A stretch of DNA of 64,000 nucleotides. Origin: an uncultured Candidatus Saccharibacteria bacterium (GTDB lineage Bacteria > Patescibacteriota > Minisyncoccia > Ryanbacterales > GWA2-47-10b). The notes beneath the pieces are model-generated. The model was not told the DNA's origin and made no database searches. It was given only the letters and a program-made list of their open reading frames with translations. Of the stretch, positions 41,059 to 51,297 are shown one piece after another. Positions within the stretch are counted from its first letter, which is position 1. The number at the start of each line of letters is the position of its first letter. The DNA lies in the NCBI GenBank assembly GCA_964356915.1, contig CAYHJF010000001.1, positions 4,664 through 68,663 of the forward strand, given 5' to 3'. The position numbers and the translations under genes were made by a program.

Positions 41059-42120
41059 TTAGCGAAGCATCCGCAACTCCTGCGGATTAAGAGAAAACGC
41101 GATCGCGCTCTCCATGGTAATCTCGCCTTTTTGTAAAAGCTCTTTAAGACAACGATTGAGACTGATCATGCCCTCTTGCGAACTTGTATCAATAACAAGA
41201 TCTATCTCATGAATACGTCTTTCACGAATCAAGTTACGAATAGCCGCATTTGCAATCATGAGCTCATAAGCGGGGACAAGACCTCCTGATATACGGGGTA
41301 CGAGGCGTTGGGAAAAAATACCAATAAGAGAGTTGGCAAGCTGAGCACGAATCTGTTCTTGCTGCCCCCCAGGAAAGCTATCAATAATGCGATCGATAGT
41401 CTGTGCGGCATTATTTGTGTGGAGCGAAGAAAAAATGAGGTGACCCGTCTCTGCTGCGGTCACTGCCGTTGAGATCGTCTCGAAGTCGCGCATCTCACCG
41501 ATCATCGCGACATTTACGTCCTGACGAAACATACTACGCATCGCAATATTAAAATCTGCGGTATCTGAGCGAATCTCACGCTGGTCGATAATCGATCGAT
41601 CTGCCGCAAAGAGATATTCAATCGGGTCTTCAACGGTCAAAATATGCTCTGCGCGCTCATGGTTAATAAGATCAATAATCGCAGCAAGCGTTGTTGTTTT
41701 CCCCTGTCCTGTTGGGCCTACAACAAGAAAAAATCCCTGTTCCTTGCGCGCAAACTCTTTTAAAATCGGAGGTAATGTAAGCTCCTCTACCCCACGAATC
41801 TTGACCGGCACCAAACGCATCGCGCATCCAACAAATCCTCTCTGATAAAAAATATTTGCTCGAAAGCGCGCTCGTCCTTTGTGGTCAAAGGAAAAATCCA
41901 TTTCTTTCTTTGCGACAAACTCTTCCTTATGCTCTTTACTGAGCATTGCAAAGACAAGCCCTTCTACCACATTAGGAGTGAGAATTTGTTTTTGCGTAAG
42001 AGGTAACAGCGCTCCCTGAACGCGAAGAGTCGGATAGTGCCCTACCGACAAATGAAGGTCGGAGGCGTCCTCTCGAATAACAGTTGTAATTAAATCTTCA
42101 AGTTCTCGTGCAAATTCCAT
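41059..42120 (-). CDS. pilT: twitching-motility / retraction ATPase PilT
   Basis: 353 aa with Walker A GPTGQGKTTT, Asp box, Walker B and His box (SSLHTNN). Confidence 0.9.
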   Translation of the reverse strand: MEFARELEDLITTVIREDASDLHLSVGHYPTLRVQGALLPLTQKQILTPNVVEGLVFAMLSKEHKEEFVAKKEMDFSFDHKGRARFRANIFYQRGFVGCAMRLVPVKIRGVEELTLPPILKEFARKEQGFFLVVGPTGQGKTTTLAAIIDLINHERAEHILTVEDPIEYLFAADRSIIDQREIRSDTADFNIAMRSMFRQDVNVAMIGEMRDFETISTAVTAAETGHLIFSSLHTNNAAQTIDRIIDSFPGGQQEQIRAQLANSLIGIFSQRLVPRISGGLVPAYELMIANAAIRNLIRERRIHEIDLVIDTSSQEGMISLNRCLKELLQKGEITMESAIAFSLNPQELRMLR

Positions 42121-42157
42121 GCGCGTATATCCCTAGTAGCCCGACGCACTCTCTCAC

Positions 42158-42544
42158 CTATCCGCTTTTTTTGGAAAGGTGGTACTTTACCTTCTCTACT
42201 ACCTCACGCGGCGTAAAGTGAGCCTTGATCACATAATCATCAGCTCCAAGATGCATTCCTCGCTCAATATCTTCTTTCTGACCAAGATTGGAAAGAATAA
42301 TAATAGTAGAACCTGCGGCAAGATTATCTTTCTTAATCCGTTGTAATACCTCAAAACCATCAAGTGCCGGCATAATAATGTCGAGCAAAATCGCGTCGTA
42401 TTTATTCTTGGCAATCTTGAGGAGCGCATCCTCGCCCGAAGGAGCAATCTCAATATCAAAACCCGCCTCCTTAAATTTGAGGGAGTACATATCGAGCAAG
42501 AACTCGTCATCATCCACCAGTAGAATTTTCACATTGTCAGACAT
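42158..42544 (-). CDS. single-domain response regulator (CheY/PilH-like receiver)
   Basis: KILLVDDDEF...DAILLDIIMPALDG...KAHF receiver-domain signature. 128 aa. Confidence 0.85.
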   Translation of the reverse strand: MSDNVKILLVDDDEFLLDMYSLKFKEAGFDIEIAPSGEDALLKIAKNKYDAILLDIIMPALDGFEVLQRIKKDNLAAGSTIIILSNLGQKEDIERGMHLGADDYVIKAHFTPREVVEKVKYHLSKKSG

Positions 42545-42590
42545 GTTGTATCAGTATGCCAAAAAAATAATAGCTCCAGCCTTTCCTCTA

Positions 42591-44309
42591 TCATACTATC
42601 ACTTCGAAAAGTTCATCAAGGCCAATCTTTCCCGTAAGCACCTTCATCATACCATCTTGGCGCATAGTAATCATACCCTGACGCCGTGCTTCGGCCATAA
42701 TCTTTGACTCATTAGGACCCTCAAGAATAATCTTCTCAAGCTCCGGCGTCATTTTGAGCACTTCGCATACGGCCATACGACCCCGCGTGCCCTTGGGACA
42801 GGTACCGGATGGCAATGCCTCATAAATTACTGGGGGCGCCTGAAGACCATGCCTCACATCGTCCGGCATATTATCAAGCTCGGTTTTCAATTTTTCGGCT
42901 ACCGTACCGATAACTGGGATTTCTTTACGCGATTCCGGGCATAGCGTCCGTGGCAAGCGCTGCGCCATAGCAACAACCAATGTTGAAGGGATCAAAAACG
43001 GATCGATACCCATATCAATAAGACGCGGTATAACACCAATCGCATCATTTGTGTGAAGTGTGGAAAGAACAAGATGACCCGTCAGAGACGCGTGCACAGC
43101 GAGCTGGGCAGTTTCGCGATCACGAATTTCTCCGACCATAATCACATCTGGGTCTTGACGCAAGACGCTTCGCAGACCAGAAGCAAACGTATAGTCAATC
43201 TCCGGACGAACTTGTGATTGATTGAGACCTTCCAAATAATACTCAATCGGATCCTCAAGACTCACAATGTTGCGTTTTTCATCGTTCAGCACCTTAAGCA
43301 TTGCATATAGTGTTGTTGATTTACCCGAACCCGTAGGACCCGTAATCAAAATCATACCGAACGGCCGCTTGAGACCTTCTTTGATAATGTCTAAGTTGCG
43401 TCCAACAATACCCAAGTCCTCGAAGGATTTAATACCTACGTTTGGATCAAGAATACGCATTACGACTTTCTCCCCAAAATATGTCGGAAACGTCGAAACA
43501 CGAAAATCAACATCTCGATTATCAATTCGTGCGCGAAAACGACCATCTTGCGGCTTCCGCTTCTCATCAATCTTGAGGTTTGTCATGATTTTAATGCGCG
43601 AAAGAATCGCCTCATGTACGTCCATCGGCAATAAAATACTTGTATAAAGTACGCCATCAACACGAAATCGAACGCGAAGCTGTTTATATGACGGTTCAAT
43701 ATGAACATCTGATGCCTTACCTTCGACGGCATGCTTTAAGATGACCGCAACCATCTTGGTGATCGGAGCGTCTTCCGAAAGAGATTCTACTGCGTCTGAA
43801 GCCTTGCCTTCTGTTGGGATACTTGCGAGATCCTCACGCAATACAGATTCAAGATCTCCCATCGCCTGCGATACCTCACTTCCGATACCCTGATACTCTT
43901 TGAGTACTGTATTAAAATCGGCGCGAGATATCAGAAATATCTTCGCGGGCATATTTATCTTTGAAGAAATAAATTGCAATGCCTCTCGCGCCTCAAGATT
44001 TTCAGGAGCAACCATGCCAACAGCAAGCACGCCATCCTCCACGGCAAGCGGAACCATTTGATAATGCCGTGCTGATTCCTCTGCAATAAATTTTAACGCA
44101 TCAAAAGATACGCGCTCGCCACCAAGTCCGCGAAGCGGTACACCCAAAAGAGTCGATTTTGCATCTAAAATCGACTTCTCTGGTATACGACGCTCGAGGA
44201 GAACGGTCTCTGGATCTTTGCGTGTCGCTCGAATATCGCTTTTGATCCGATCGCCCTCCGCTTCGTCGATTACACCTTGTGCAACGAGTAAATCAACGAT
44301 GGATCGCAT
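42591..44309 (-). CDS. pilB: type IV pilus assembly (extension) ATPase PilB/GspE
   Basis: 572 aa: GspII_E N-domain, Walker A GPTGSGKSTT, tetracysteine zinc motif, VLSTLHTN His box. Confidence 0.9.
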   Translation of the reverse strand: MRSIVDLLVAQGVIDEAEGDRIKSDIRATRKDPETVLLERRIPEKSILDAKSTLLGVPLRGLGGERVSFDALKFIAEESARHYQMVPLAVEDGVLAVGMVAPENLEAREALQFISSKINMPAKIFLISRADFNTVLKEYQGIGSEVSQAMGDLESVLREDLASIPTEGKASDAVESLSEDAPITKMVAVILKHAVEGKASDVHIEPSYKQLRVRFRVDGVLYTSILLPMDVHEAILSRIKIMTNLKIDEKRKPQDGRFRARIDNRDVDFRVSTFPTYFGEKVVMRILDPNVGIKSFEDLGIVGRNLDIIKEGLKRPFGMILITGPTGSGKSTTLYAMLKVLNDEKRNIVSLEDPIEYYLEGLNQSQVRPEIDYTFASGLRSVLRQDPDVIMVGEIRDRETAQLAVHASLTGHLVLSTLHTNDAIGVIPRLIDMGIDPFLIPSTLVVAMAQRLPRTLCPESRKEIPVIGTVAEKLKTELDNMPDDVRHGLQAPPVIYEALPSGTCPKGTRGRMAVCEVLKMTPELEKIILEGPNESKIMAEARRQGMITMRQDGMMKVLTGKIGLDELFEVIV

Positions 44310-44315
44310 ATATCA

Positions 44316-44666
44316 TCAGCGTTTATTTCCCTCCTTTGCTCTTGTTGGTTTCAGTAAGTTCTCAAGAGTTCTCCCCCGTATAGGCTGTACCTGTGGAATA
44401 TCAATAGGAGTTTCTTGAAGTGCGGTGAACTTTGGATTTTCAAAAAATTGCGTATCGAGATTGATTGTCCCTACGCGTACCACGGCCGCCAAAATTTTCT
44501 GCACTCTTTCATTTTTTGCGCCCGTAGAATTTGTTGGGAGAGCTACAGCGCCTTGATCGGATGAGTCAGAATTATTTAAAAAGAAAAACCATGCGCCAGC
44601 AAGTGCAAGCGTCAGTATTAATACACCTATTAAGATTGTTTGTCGTTGTTTGTTATTTGCCGCCAT
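44316..44666 (-). CDS. hypothetical membrane-anchored protein (PilP-position)
   Basis: About 115 aa with a single N-terminal TM helix. Occupies the slot after pilO where pilP/pilQ-like genes usually sit. Confidence 0.4.
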   Translation of the reverse strand: MAANNKQRQTILIGVLILTLALAGAWFFFLNNSDSSDQGAVALPTNSTGAKNERVQKILAAVVRVGTINLDTQFFENPKFTALQETPIDIPQVQPIRGRTLENLLKPTRAKEGNKR

Positions 44667-45174
44667 AGTACATAAGTCCTTGCATATTAACATCAAAGCC
44701 CCCGTCTGGCTTTGCTACAACATCAATCGCCGTTATATCCATCAATCGAATATTGTTTTCTACTGTATTCAAAAAAACACGAACATTACTATAGGGTCCG
44801 GAAACGCTCACCCGAAACTGCATCGCTTTTCGATCCGGTGTCTTCGCCGCCCCACTATCAGGCGTGAGTGCCAGCGTCTTCATACCCATGCCCGTTCGAC
44901 GCGCGATTTCTTCAAAAAATACGTATACTTCTTCTTGAGAAATGCTCGTAGGGAACATCTTATCAAGTCTCCGTAACGCGTTTGCATCAACAGCGTTGAA
45001 CCGATCAACAAGCTTATCTCGCTGATCACGGACTTCTTCGATGCGCGTTCGTACATTATCAACTTCCGCGATCTGTGCGCGCAATTCAGCAATACGATTC
45101 CACGCAGGTAATGCAATAAAATATACTCCGCATGCCGCCCCAATCAATAGCAGTAGTAAAATCAAATTCTTCAT
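44653..45174 (-). CDS. PilO-like pilus assembly protein
   Basis: N-terminal TM helix followed by a coiled-coil and an alpha/beta domain. Synteny pilM-N-O. Confidence 0.6.
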   Translation of the reverse strand: MKNLILLLLLIGAACGVYFIALPAWNRIAELRAQIAEVDNVRTRIEEVRDQRDKLVDRFNAVDANALRRLDKMFPTSISQEEVYVFFEEIARRTGMGMKTLALTPDSGAAKTPDRKAMQFRVSVSGPYSNVRVFLNTVENNIRLMDITAIDVVAKPDGGFDVNMQGLMYYGGK

Positions 45175-45824
45175 AGAACGCTTCTCGTAGATGTGCTCGT
45201 AAGAGCTGACGACGTTGCGGTTATAGTGGATACGGGAGGAGCAACAATTGCTGAGCGAGATGATGGTTTTGTACGCAAAAACTCTGGGCTCACTGTCATT
45301 TCAATATCAAATGATATGCCTCCTGTCGCCTGCAATAACGGATTAGTGAATGTCAGCGCCGCGATATCCTTGTTTGCTCGATACTGTCTCACTTGCTGCG
45401 CCATAGGTACATATCCGCTTGTTTCTACCTGCAATTTAATTTTACCTCCTTCAAGAAACGCAAAATTCTTCAACGTCGTCGAATCGAGCGTATTGTCTTC
45501 CACAATATTAAAAGACTGACTTCCGTACACGTGGTCATTAAGTATTTTCTCAGCAAGCTGAATGCGCTGTTGTAGCTTTTGCGCCTGCTCGATCGAGCTC
45601 AGCTCAAGATCTGACTCGAGCTGATTAAGTTCTGCATCAATATTACCCGCCTCTTCTTCAAGCTGGCGCCTGAATACTTCCAAACCAGCAGTCGCCACAC
45701 CCACCAAAATTACAATCACCAATACAACCGCAGCAAAAACACCTGACCCGCGACGTGAAGTCACTGATGGTGGAGGAGCAACGGGGATATGAGTGATAAA
45801 TTGCGTTTGCGCCATTGTAATCAC
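45171..45824 (-). CDS. PilN-like pilus assembly protein
   Basis: N-terminal TM, coiled-coil region, Ser/Thr-rich C-terminus. Translationally coupled to pilM and pilO. Confidence 0.6.
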   Translation of the reverse strand: MITMAQTQFITHIPVAPPPSVTSRRGSGVFAAVVLVIVILVGVATAGLEVFRRQLEEEAGNIDAELNQLESDLELSSIEQAQKLQQRIQLAEKILNDHVYGSQSFNIVEDNTLDSTTLKNFAFLEGGKIKLQVETSGYVPMAQQVRQYRANKDIAALTFTNPLLQATGGISFDIEMTVSPEFLRTKPSSRSAIVAPPVSTITATSSALTSTSTRSVL

Positions 45825-46942
45825 TGATCATGCAAACCCCACAACGTAAGGCTTGCGGAAACTCCAAAGATTGGAGAAATTGACTTTAACTTTTGCTGTA
45901 AAAAAACAGGGTATTCAAATTGATTAAACGGATTGGCGAGCAGCACCTCGATACCAAGACGCTCGATCGCATAATCCAGTAACCCGGGCATCAAACTCCC
46001 ACCTCCTAATAATACCGCTTTATCGATAACTTTGCCTGTTTTTCGGCGATAGTCTGATCGCAAGCGATCTACCTCATCAAAAATAGCATCGAGTAAAGGA
46101 GAAATTGTATGCCGAATTCCTGCTGCCTCAGGTCTCTGTACCATACCAAGCTCTTGCTTCATTGTTTCGGCTCGTTTGAAATCAACACCTAACGACTGTG
46201 AAATAGCGATAGAAAGCTGTTGGGAAGCCCGATCAACGTTATGGACAGCTCGCACGACACCCGAATCTACAATAGAAATTTTTGTTGATACGGCTCCGAT
46301 ATCAATACAGACATGCACCTGATGGAGACGTGTACCTGAAAGTCGAGAAGACGCGAACACCTCTACTTGAGAACCTGCGTACTCAAGCCCTGCGCCCTCA
46401 ATAATGCGATGATATTTTTCTCCGATCTCGCGCTGAACTGCTACAAGCAATACGGTCGTCTTTGGCTTTTGCTGGTTTTCTCCCCCCTCTTCTGTCTGGA
46501 TGCGTGACCAAGAAAGCGCTACTTCCGCTATAGGTATAGGTATATAGCGACGAGCCTCATAAGGGACAGCTTCGGCCAAATCTTTGTCCGAAAGCTCAGG
46601 CATGTCCATAACGGTAATAAAACTGTACCGAAGCGGCACTGAAACAATCGCACGCTTTGCTGTTACGCCGGCTTCTTTGCGTAAATCAACAATCATCTCT
46701 GATACTTTTTCATCCATCAACAACGCCGCGCGACCAGCCTCTCCACTACCATACGCGGCTGTGGATAACTCTCCATATGTTTCTAAGACTGCACGTTCTT
46801 TTTCTTTACGTGCCTGAACAATCTTAAGAGATGAGGTACCAATATCAACCCCAAGAATACTCTTGTCTTTTTCAAAGAACCTAAAAATACTCTTCGGATT
46901 CAGATTATTCGAGGAAAGTATGTTCATGCAGCGTACAAACAA
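45821..46942 (-). CDS. pilM: type IV pilus assembly ATPase-like protein PilM (actin/FtsA fold)
   Basis: ILGVDIGTSSLKIV phosphate-1 motif. 373 aa. Confidence 0.8.
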   Translation of the reverse strand: MFVRCMNILSSNNLNPKSIFRFFEKDKSILGVDIGTSSLKIVQARKEKERAVLETYGELSTAAYGSGEAGRAALLMDEKVSEMIVDLRKEAGVTAKRAIVSVPLRYSFITVMDMPELSDKDLAEAVPYEARRYIPIPIAEVALSWSRIQTEEGGENQQKPKTTVLLVAVQREIGEKYHRIIEGAGLEYAGSQVEVFASSRLSGTRLHQVHVCIDIGAVSTKISIVDSGVVRAVHNVDRASQQLSIAISQSLGVDFKRAETMKQELGMVQRPEAAGIRHTISPLLDAIFDEVDRLRSDYRRKTGKVIDKAVLLGGGSLMPGLLDYAIERLGIEVLLANPFNQFEYPVFLQQKLKSISPIFGVSASLTLWGLHDQ

Positions 46943-47007
46943 AACCCCGTTCGACTCCTACGAACGCTCAAGGTATGGTTACATCATAGCATAATCAACC
47001 TATTGCA

Positions 47008-47685
47008 GTGATTGAACGAGTTATCCACACGATTTTCGAAATAATTTTTCCTCCTCGCTGCTTTGGCTGCGGACAAAATGGAGCCTTCGCATGCGTATCG
47101 TGTCTCAAAACTGCCCGGTCGTCCTCCGCTCATTGTCTTTTTTGTAAAAAACCTGCCCAGCTCAATATATGCGCACACTGCTCCGAGCTCTACATGCTCG
47201 ATGGTATCGTATGGCCATTTCAATACCAAACACCCATCATCAAAACTGCTCTTAAAAATTTAAAATACAAAGGAAGACGAAATATAATACTTCCGTTCAC
47301 AGACTTTTTAAGAGAGTCCGCATCGGTCTTTATGCTCCCAAGTGATGCGCTCGTCATACCAATCCCTCTTTACCCGATACGTGAACGTGAGCGAGGATTT
47401 AATCAATCCTCCATGCTTGCTCACGCCGCATTCCCTATACCAACAAACTCAAACGTACTTATTCGTATCCGCTCGACCCCTCCTCAGGCACGCTCGCAAT
47501 CTCGAAAAGAACGCTTCGAGCATATGCGTGATGCATTTTTTGTACGCACCCCTGAAATGATATCCGGCAAAGTGATTCTACTTATTGATGATGTCGTCAC
47601 TACAGGAGCAACCCTCTCTACGGCGGCAATAACGCTTAAAAAAGCTGGAGCGGCCAAAGTTTTTGCCGCAACTATCGCCCACTAA
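47008..47685 (+). CDS. comFC: competence protein ComFC (phosphoribosyltransferase-like)
   Basis: N-terminal 4-Cys zinc finger (CFGC...CVSC) and C-terminal PRTase motif LLIDDVVTTGATL. Confidence 0.8.
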   Translation: MIERVIHTIFEIIFPPRCFGCGQNGAFACVSCLKTARSSSAHCLFCKKPAQLNICAHCSELYMLDGIVWPFQYQTPIIKTALKNLKYKGRRNIILPFTDFLRESASVFMLPSDALVIPIPLYPIRERERGFNQSSMLAHAAFPIPTNSNVLIRIRSTPPQARSQSRKERFEHMRDAFFVRTPEMISGKVILLIDDVVTTGATLSTAAITLKKAGAAKVFAATIAH

Positions 47686-47758
47686 CCCTCAAGAAAAAGT
47701 TGTGGTAGGATTGGAACACAAAATATTAAAAGGATAGCTTTGCTAGACTTTAAATTAC

Positions 47759-47846
47759 TGGAGAGGTGGCTGAGTGGCCGAAAGCGCCTCACTGCTAACG
47801 AGGTAGGGGTTAATAGCCCCTCGCGGGTTCGAATCCCGCCCTCTCC
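47759..47846 (+). tRNA. tRNA-Ser (anticodon GCU)
   Basis: 88 nt, class II: acceptor GGAGAGG/CCTCTCC, anticodon loop CTGCTAA, long variable arm GGGG...CCCC, T-arm GCGGG-TTCGAAT-CCCGC. Confidence 0.88.
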
Positions 47847-47861
47847 GCACTTGTGTAATAA

Positions 47862-47890
47862 AAAACGCCTTTGTGGCGTTTTTTATTTAT
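47862..47890 (+). terminator. rho-independent terminator after tRNA-Ser
   Basis: AACGCC-tttgtg-GGCGTT hairpin followed by TTTTTATTT. Confidence 0.7.
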
Positions 47891-48444
47891 ATGGATATAT
47901 CTTCAGTTGCTATCTTATACTAAGGTCCCTTTGATATACTGGAATGATTAAAAACAAAATCCCATGTCTTTTCTACTCATCTTTATCCTACCTATCGGAA
48001 TTATTTTCGGAGTTTTGATATTTCTAAAAAAAGCTGTTGAAAGGCTAGAAAAGCACTCTAACTTCTTTCTACGTAGCATCCCCCCTACTCTTACTCCTTT
48101 TGATCTATGGCGGATATTTCTTTTATGAAGGCAACTTATACGCGCCACGCATTCTTCGATCCAATTGTGGGACGGCAGATATTCGAATAGACCTCTTTTT
48201 CATCCTCCTAATGCTACTTTCTTTTACAAACATTCTTCTGAGCCCCTATATCAAGCGCCCAGTGATTCGATGGTTCACCGTTACCGTAGGTACGATAGTA
48301 TTTATAATTTTTGCACTTACTTTTGCTTGCCTAATCTGCTCTACAATTCTATCCATGTTTTAATCTTAAAGAAAAGTTCTTGACTATTAGGTATCTTGCC
48401 CCGTCTCTCCTCTCACTATTTAGAAAAGTGGTATACTAAATGCA

Positions 48445-48993
48445 ATGCCATCACTTGAAACATTTCGCCCCCTACCTAAGGCGGAACCAAAACAAAAAAA
48501 GAGTAGACAAAAAGAGGACGAGCCTCTTGTCGCACCAGATATACTTTCGTGGAAAACTGCGGAATACGATTTCCGGGAAAAGGGTGCTGATTGGTATTGG
48601 GTAATTGTTATTATTGCAGGAGCACTTATCATCGCCTCATTCTTCCTTCGTAACTTTCTTTTTGGCGTGCTCGTCTTTTTTGGAACATTTGCCCTTATGA
48701 TGCAAGGATCTCGCCGCCCGCGCACAATCACCGTGCGCCTCGCGGGAGATGGCATTCATGTCGATGATCGACTGTTCCCATATGACACGCTTGAATCATT
48801 TTGGATTTTTTATGAGCCGGGTAGACACAAAGAACTCAGCATATTGTCAAGGCACACCATTCTTGGTAATATAAAAATCCCTTTGGGGACAACACACCCA
48901 GGTGAAGTGCGCGACTTTCTCAAGCGTTTTGTGCAAGAGAAGCGTCAAGAAGAATCATTCACAAGCATCGTCGCGGACTGGATCGGATTGTAA
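48445..48993 (+). CDS. hypothetical membrane protein
   Basis: 182 aa with a basic N-terminus and two central TM helices. Confidence 0.55.
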   Translation: MPSLETFRPLPKAEPKQKKSRQKEDEPLVAPDILSWKTAEYDFREKGADWYWVIVIIAGALIIASFFLRNFLFGVLVFFGTFALMMQGSRRPRTITVRLAGDGIHVDDRLFPYDTLESFWIFYEPGRHKELSILSRHTILGNIKIPLGTTHPGEVRDFLKRFVQEKRQEESFTSIVADWIGL

Positions 48994-48997
48994 ATCT

Positions 48998-49069
48998 GCC
49001 CTCGTCGTTCAACGGATAGGACACAAGATTGCGGATCTTGTAATTGAGGTTCGATTCCTCACGAGGGCA
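48998..49069 (+). tRNA. tRNA-Arg (anticodon GCG as encoded)
   Basis: 72 nt: acceptor GCCCTCG/CGAGGGC+A, D-arm GTTC/GGAC, anticodon stem CAAGA/TCTTG with loop TTGCGGA, T-arm TGAGG-TTCGATT-CCTCA. Confidence 0.82.
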
Positions 49070-49081
49070 CAACTATTCAAA

Positions 49082-49114
49082 AATCATCAGCTTGTCTGAT
49101 GATTTTTGTTTTTC
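49082..49114 (+). terminator. rho-independent terminator after tRNA-Arg
   Basis: AATCATCAG-cttgt-CTGATGATT hairpin followed by TTTTGTTTTT. Confidence 0.6.
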
Positions 49115-49138
49115 TCCTATACCCAATATAATCTCTGC

Positions 49139-51268
49139 ATGGCCGATGTTACTCTCGCGACTGAGCTTTCTACTCTCTTTCGATTCAAGGACAACCAAAA
49201 ACAAGCTCTCAAAAAACTTAGTCTCACGACCGTAGACGATCTTTTGCGTTACATCCCCTTTCGCTATGTCCCGCGGGGATCTCTTCGCGCAATTGGCGAA
49301 ATTAGGGCGGGAGAATTTGCTACCGTTGAGGGCAAAATTGGAAAATTAGATTATGAAAAAACGTGGCGCAAAAAAATGAATATTGCAAAAGCGGAGCTCG
49401 CCGATGACACAGGCAAACTTGGGCTCGTCTGGTTTCATCAACCATACGTTGCTCGTATCCTCATAGATGGTGAACTTGTACGAGCCCACGGTAAAGTATC
49501 AGAAAAAAATGGACGACTCTCTATATCAAACCCAATCTTTGAAAAGATAGATCGACTCTCATTTCGCAACGCTAAAGACGCTTCTCTCATCCCTGTCTAC
49601 CCAGGCGTACGTGGACTTTCATCTCGGTGGTTTCAATTTCATCTTCAAAAAATTTTTGCCACACTCCCAAAGACAGCCTACGAAGACCAGATCCCGCAAG
49701 CCGTACGTGACAAATATCACTTGCCGGACTTAGCAAGTACAATTCGCGCGATTCATTTTCCAAAAAATGAAAAAGAGGTTGAGGCAGCAAAGAAACGTCT
49801 CGCTTTCGAAGAAATATTTATTATACAACTCGCACGTATGCGCGAGCGACTTGAACTTGAAGAACAGTCTGCCATTGCCGTCGAAACTGATAAACGAGTA
49901 CTCAAGGCGTTTCTTCAACAACTTCCTTTTACACTAACAAAAACGCAAACTCAGATCCTCGACTCTATTCTTTCTGATATCTCACGCCCCATCCCCATGG
50001 CACGCCTCCTCGAGGGTGACGTGGGATCAGGTAAAACAATTATTGCTGCGGCTTCTGCGTCACTCGTCGCGCACGCAGGATATCAAATAACCTATATGGC
50101 TCCGACTGAGATTCTTGCGCGCCAACACTTTGAAACATTTATTAAATTTTTGGGTAACTCCGTAGGCAAAATTGGTCTCATTACTTCAAGCGAAGCCCGC
50201 GTATATCCATCAAAAGCATTTCGAGGTCAGTCGGCGCATATTCCAAAATCTCAAGTCGCACGGTGGGTTGAGTCAGGAGAGATTAAAGTTCTCATCGGCA
50301 CACATGCGCTCTTGTCAGAAAAAATAAAGTTTCGAAACCTTGCCTTTATTGTAGTTGATGAACAACATCGCTTTGGCGTCGCGCAGCGTCGTACACTGGC
50401 AAAACGATCTTCAAAAGATCACTCCCAAATCCCTCACTTTCTCTCCATGACCGCGACACCCATCCCGCGCACACTCGCGCTCACTATATATGGAGATCTC
50501 GATCTTTCCGTGCTCGATGAAACGCCTCCCGGCAAAGCAGCAATCGAAACTCAGATATTTATCAAACCTAAAATACGTGCGTGGGAATCAATCCGAAAAG
50601 AACTCGAAAAAGGCCGCCAAGCATTCATTGTATGTCCTCGTATTAATACGGATGAAGATGATGAAACGGGGCGCAAAAAACAAAAATCCGTAAAAGATGT
50701 TTTCGCCGAAATTTCAAAAACAATATTTCCAACTTTCAAATCAGCAATGCTCCATGGCAAGATGACGCCGCGAGAAAAAGATGAAACGATGAATAAATTT
50801 CGCGATCATAAGATCGATATTCTTATCGCAACATCACTCATCGAAGTCGGCATCGATATCCCCAACGCAACAATTATGGTCGTCGAGGGAGCTGATCGAT
50901 TTGGACTCGCGCAACTCCATCAACTTCGCGGGCGCATCGGACGAGGTCAACACCACTCGTACTTCATCGCCGTCACTGATTCAAGTTCACCAAAAACCGC
51001 CGATCGCCTTCGAGCACTTGAGCACGCAGCAAACGGTTTTGAACTCGCGGAACAAGATTTACAGCTTCGGGGTACCGGAGAGCTCACCGGCAAAAATCAG
51101 TGGGGACTTTCTGATATTGGAATGGAAGCTCTGAAAAATATTAAAATGGTAGAAGCCGCCCGCACAGAAGCTCGTGCGATTTTGAGTGAGGGTCGCGATC
51201 TAGTATTATATCCTCTCCTACAAGAAGCGCTCGCTCGACTTGGCGACTCAGCGTTTCATTTTGAGTAA
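49139..51268 (+). CDS. recG: ATP-dependent DNA helicase RecG
   Basis: Wedge/OB N-domain, Walker A LLEGDVGSGKT, DEQHRFGV (DEQH box) and C-terminal helicase motifs. The likely start is MADVTLATEL at 49139. Confidence 0.9.
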   Translation: MADVTLATELSTLFRFKDNQKQALKKLSLTTVDDLLRYIPFRYVPRGSLRAIGEIRAGEFATVEGKIGKLDYEKTWRKKMNIAKAELADDTGKLGLVWFHQPYVARILIDGELVRAHGKVSEKNGRLSISNPIFEKIDRLSFRNAKDASLIPVYPGVRGLSSRWFQFHLQKIFATLPKTAYEDQIPQAVRDKYHLPDLASTIRAIHFPKNEKEVEAAKKRLAFEEIFIIQLARMRERLELEEQSAIAVETDKRVLKAFLQQLPFTLTKTQTQILDSILSDISRPIPMARLLEGDVGSGKTIIAAASASLVAHAGYQITYMAPTEILARQHFETFIKFLGNSVGKIGLITSSEARVYPSKAFRGQSAHIPKSQVARWVESGEIKVLIGTHALLSEKIKFRNLAFIVVDEQHRFGVAQRRTLAKRSSKDHSQIPHFLSMTATPIPRTLALTIYGDLDLSVLDETPPGKAAIETQIFIKPKIRAWESIRKELEKGRQAFIVCPRINTDEDDETGRKKQKSVKDVFAEISKTIFPTFKSAMLHGKMTPREKDETMNKFRDHKIDILIATSLIEVGIDIPNATIMVVEGADRFGLAQLHQLRGRIGRGQHHSYFIAVTDSSSPKTADRLRALEHAANGFELAEQDLQLRGTGELTGKNQWGLSDIGMEALKNIKMVEAARTEARAILSEGRDLVLYPLLQEALARLGDSAFHFE

Positions 51269-51297
51269 ACACTTAAAATAAGATAATATTTAACTAT

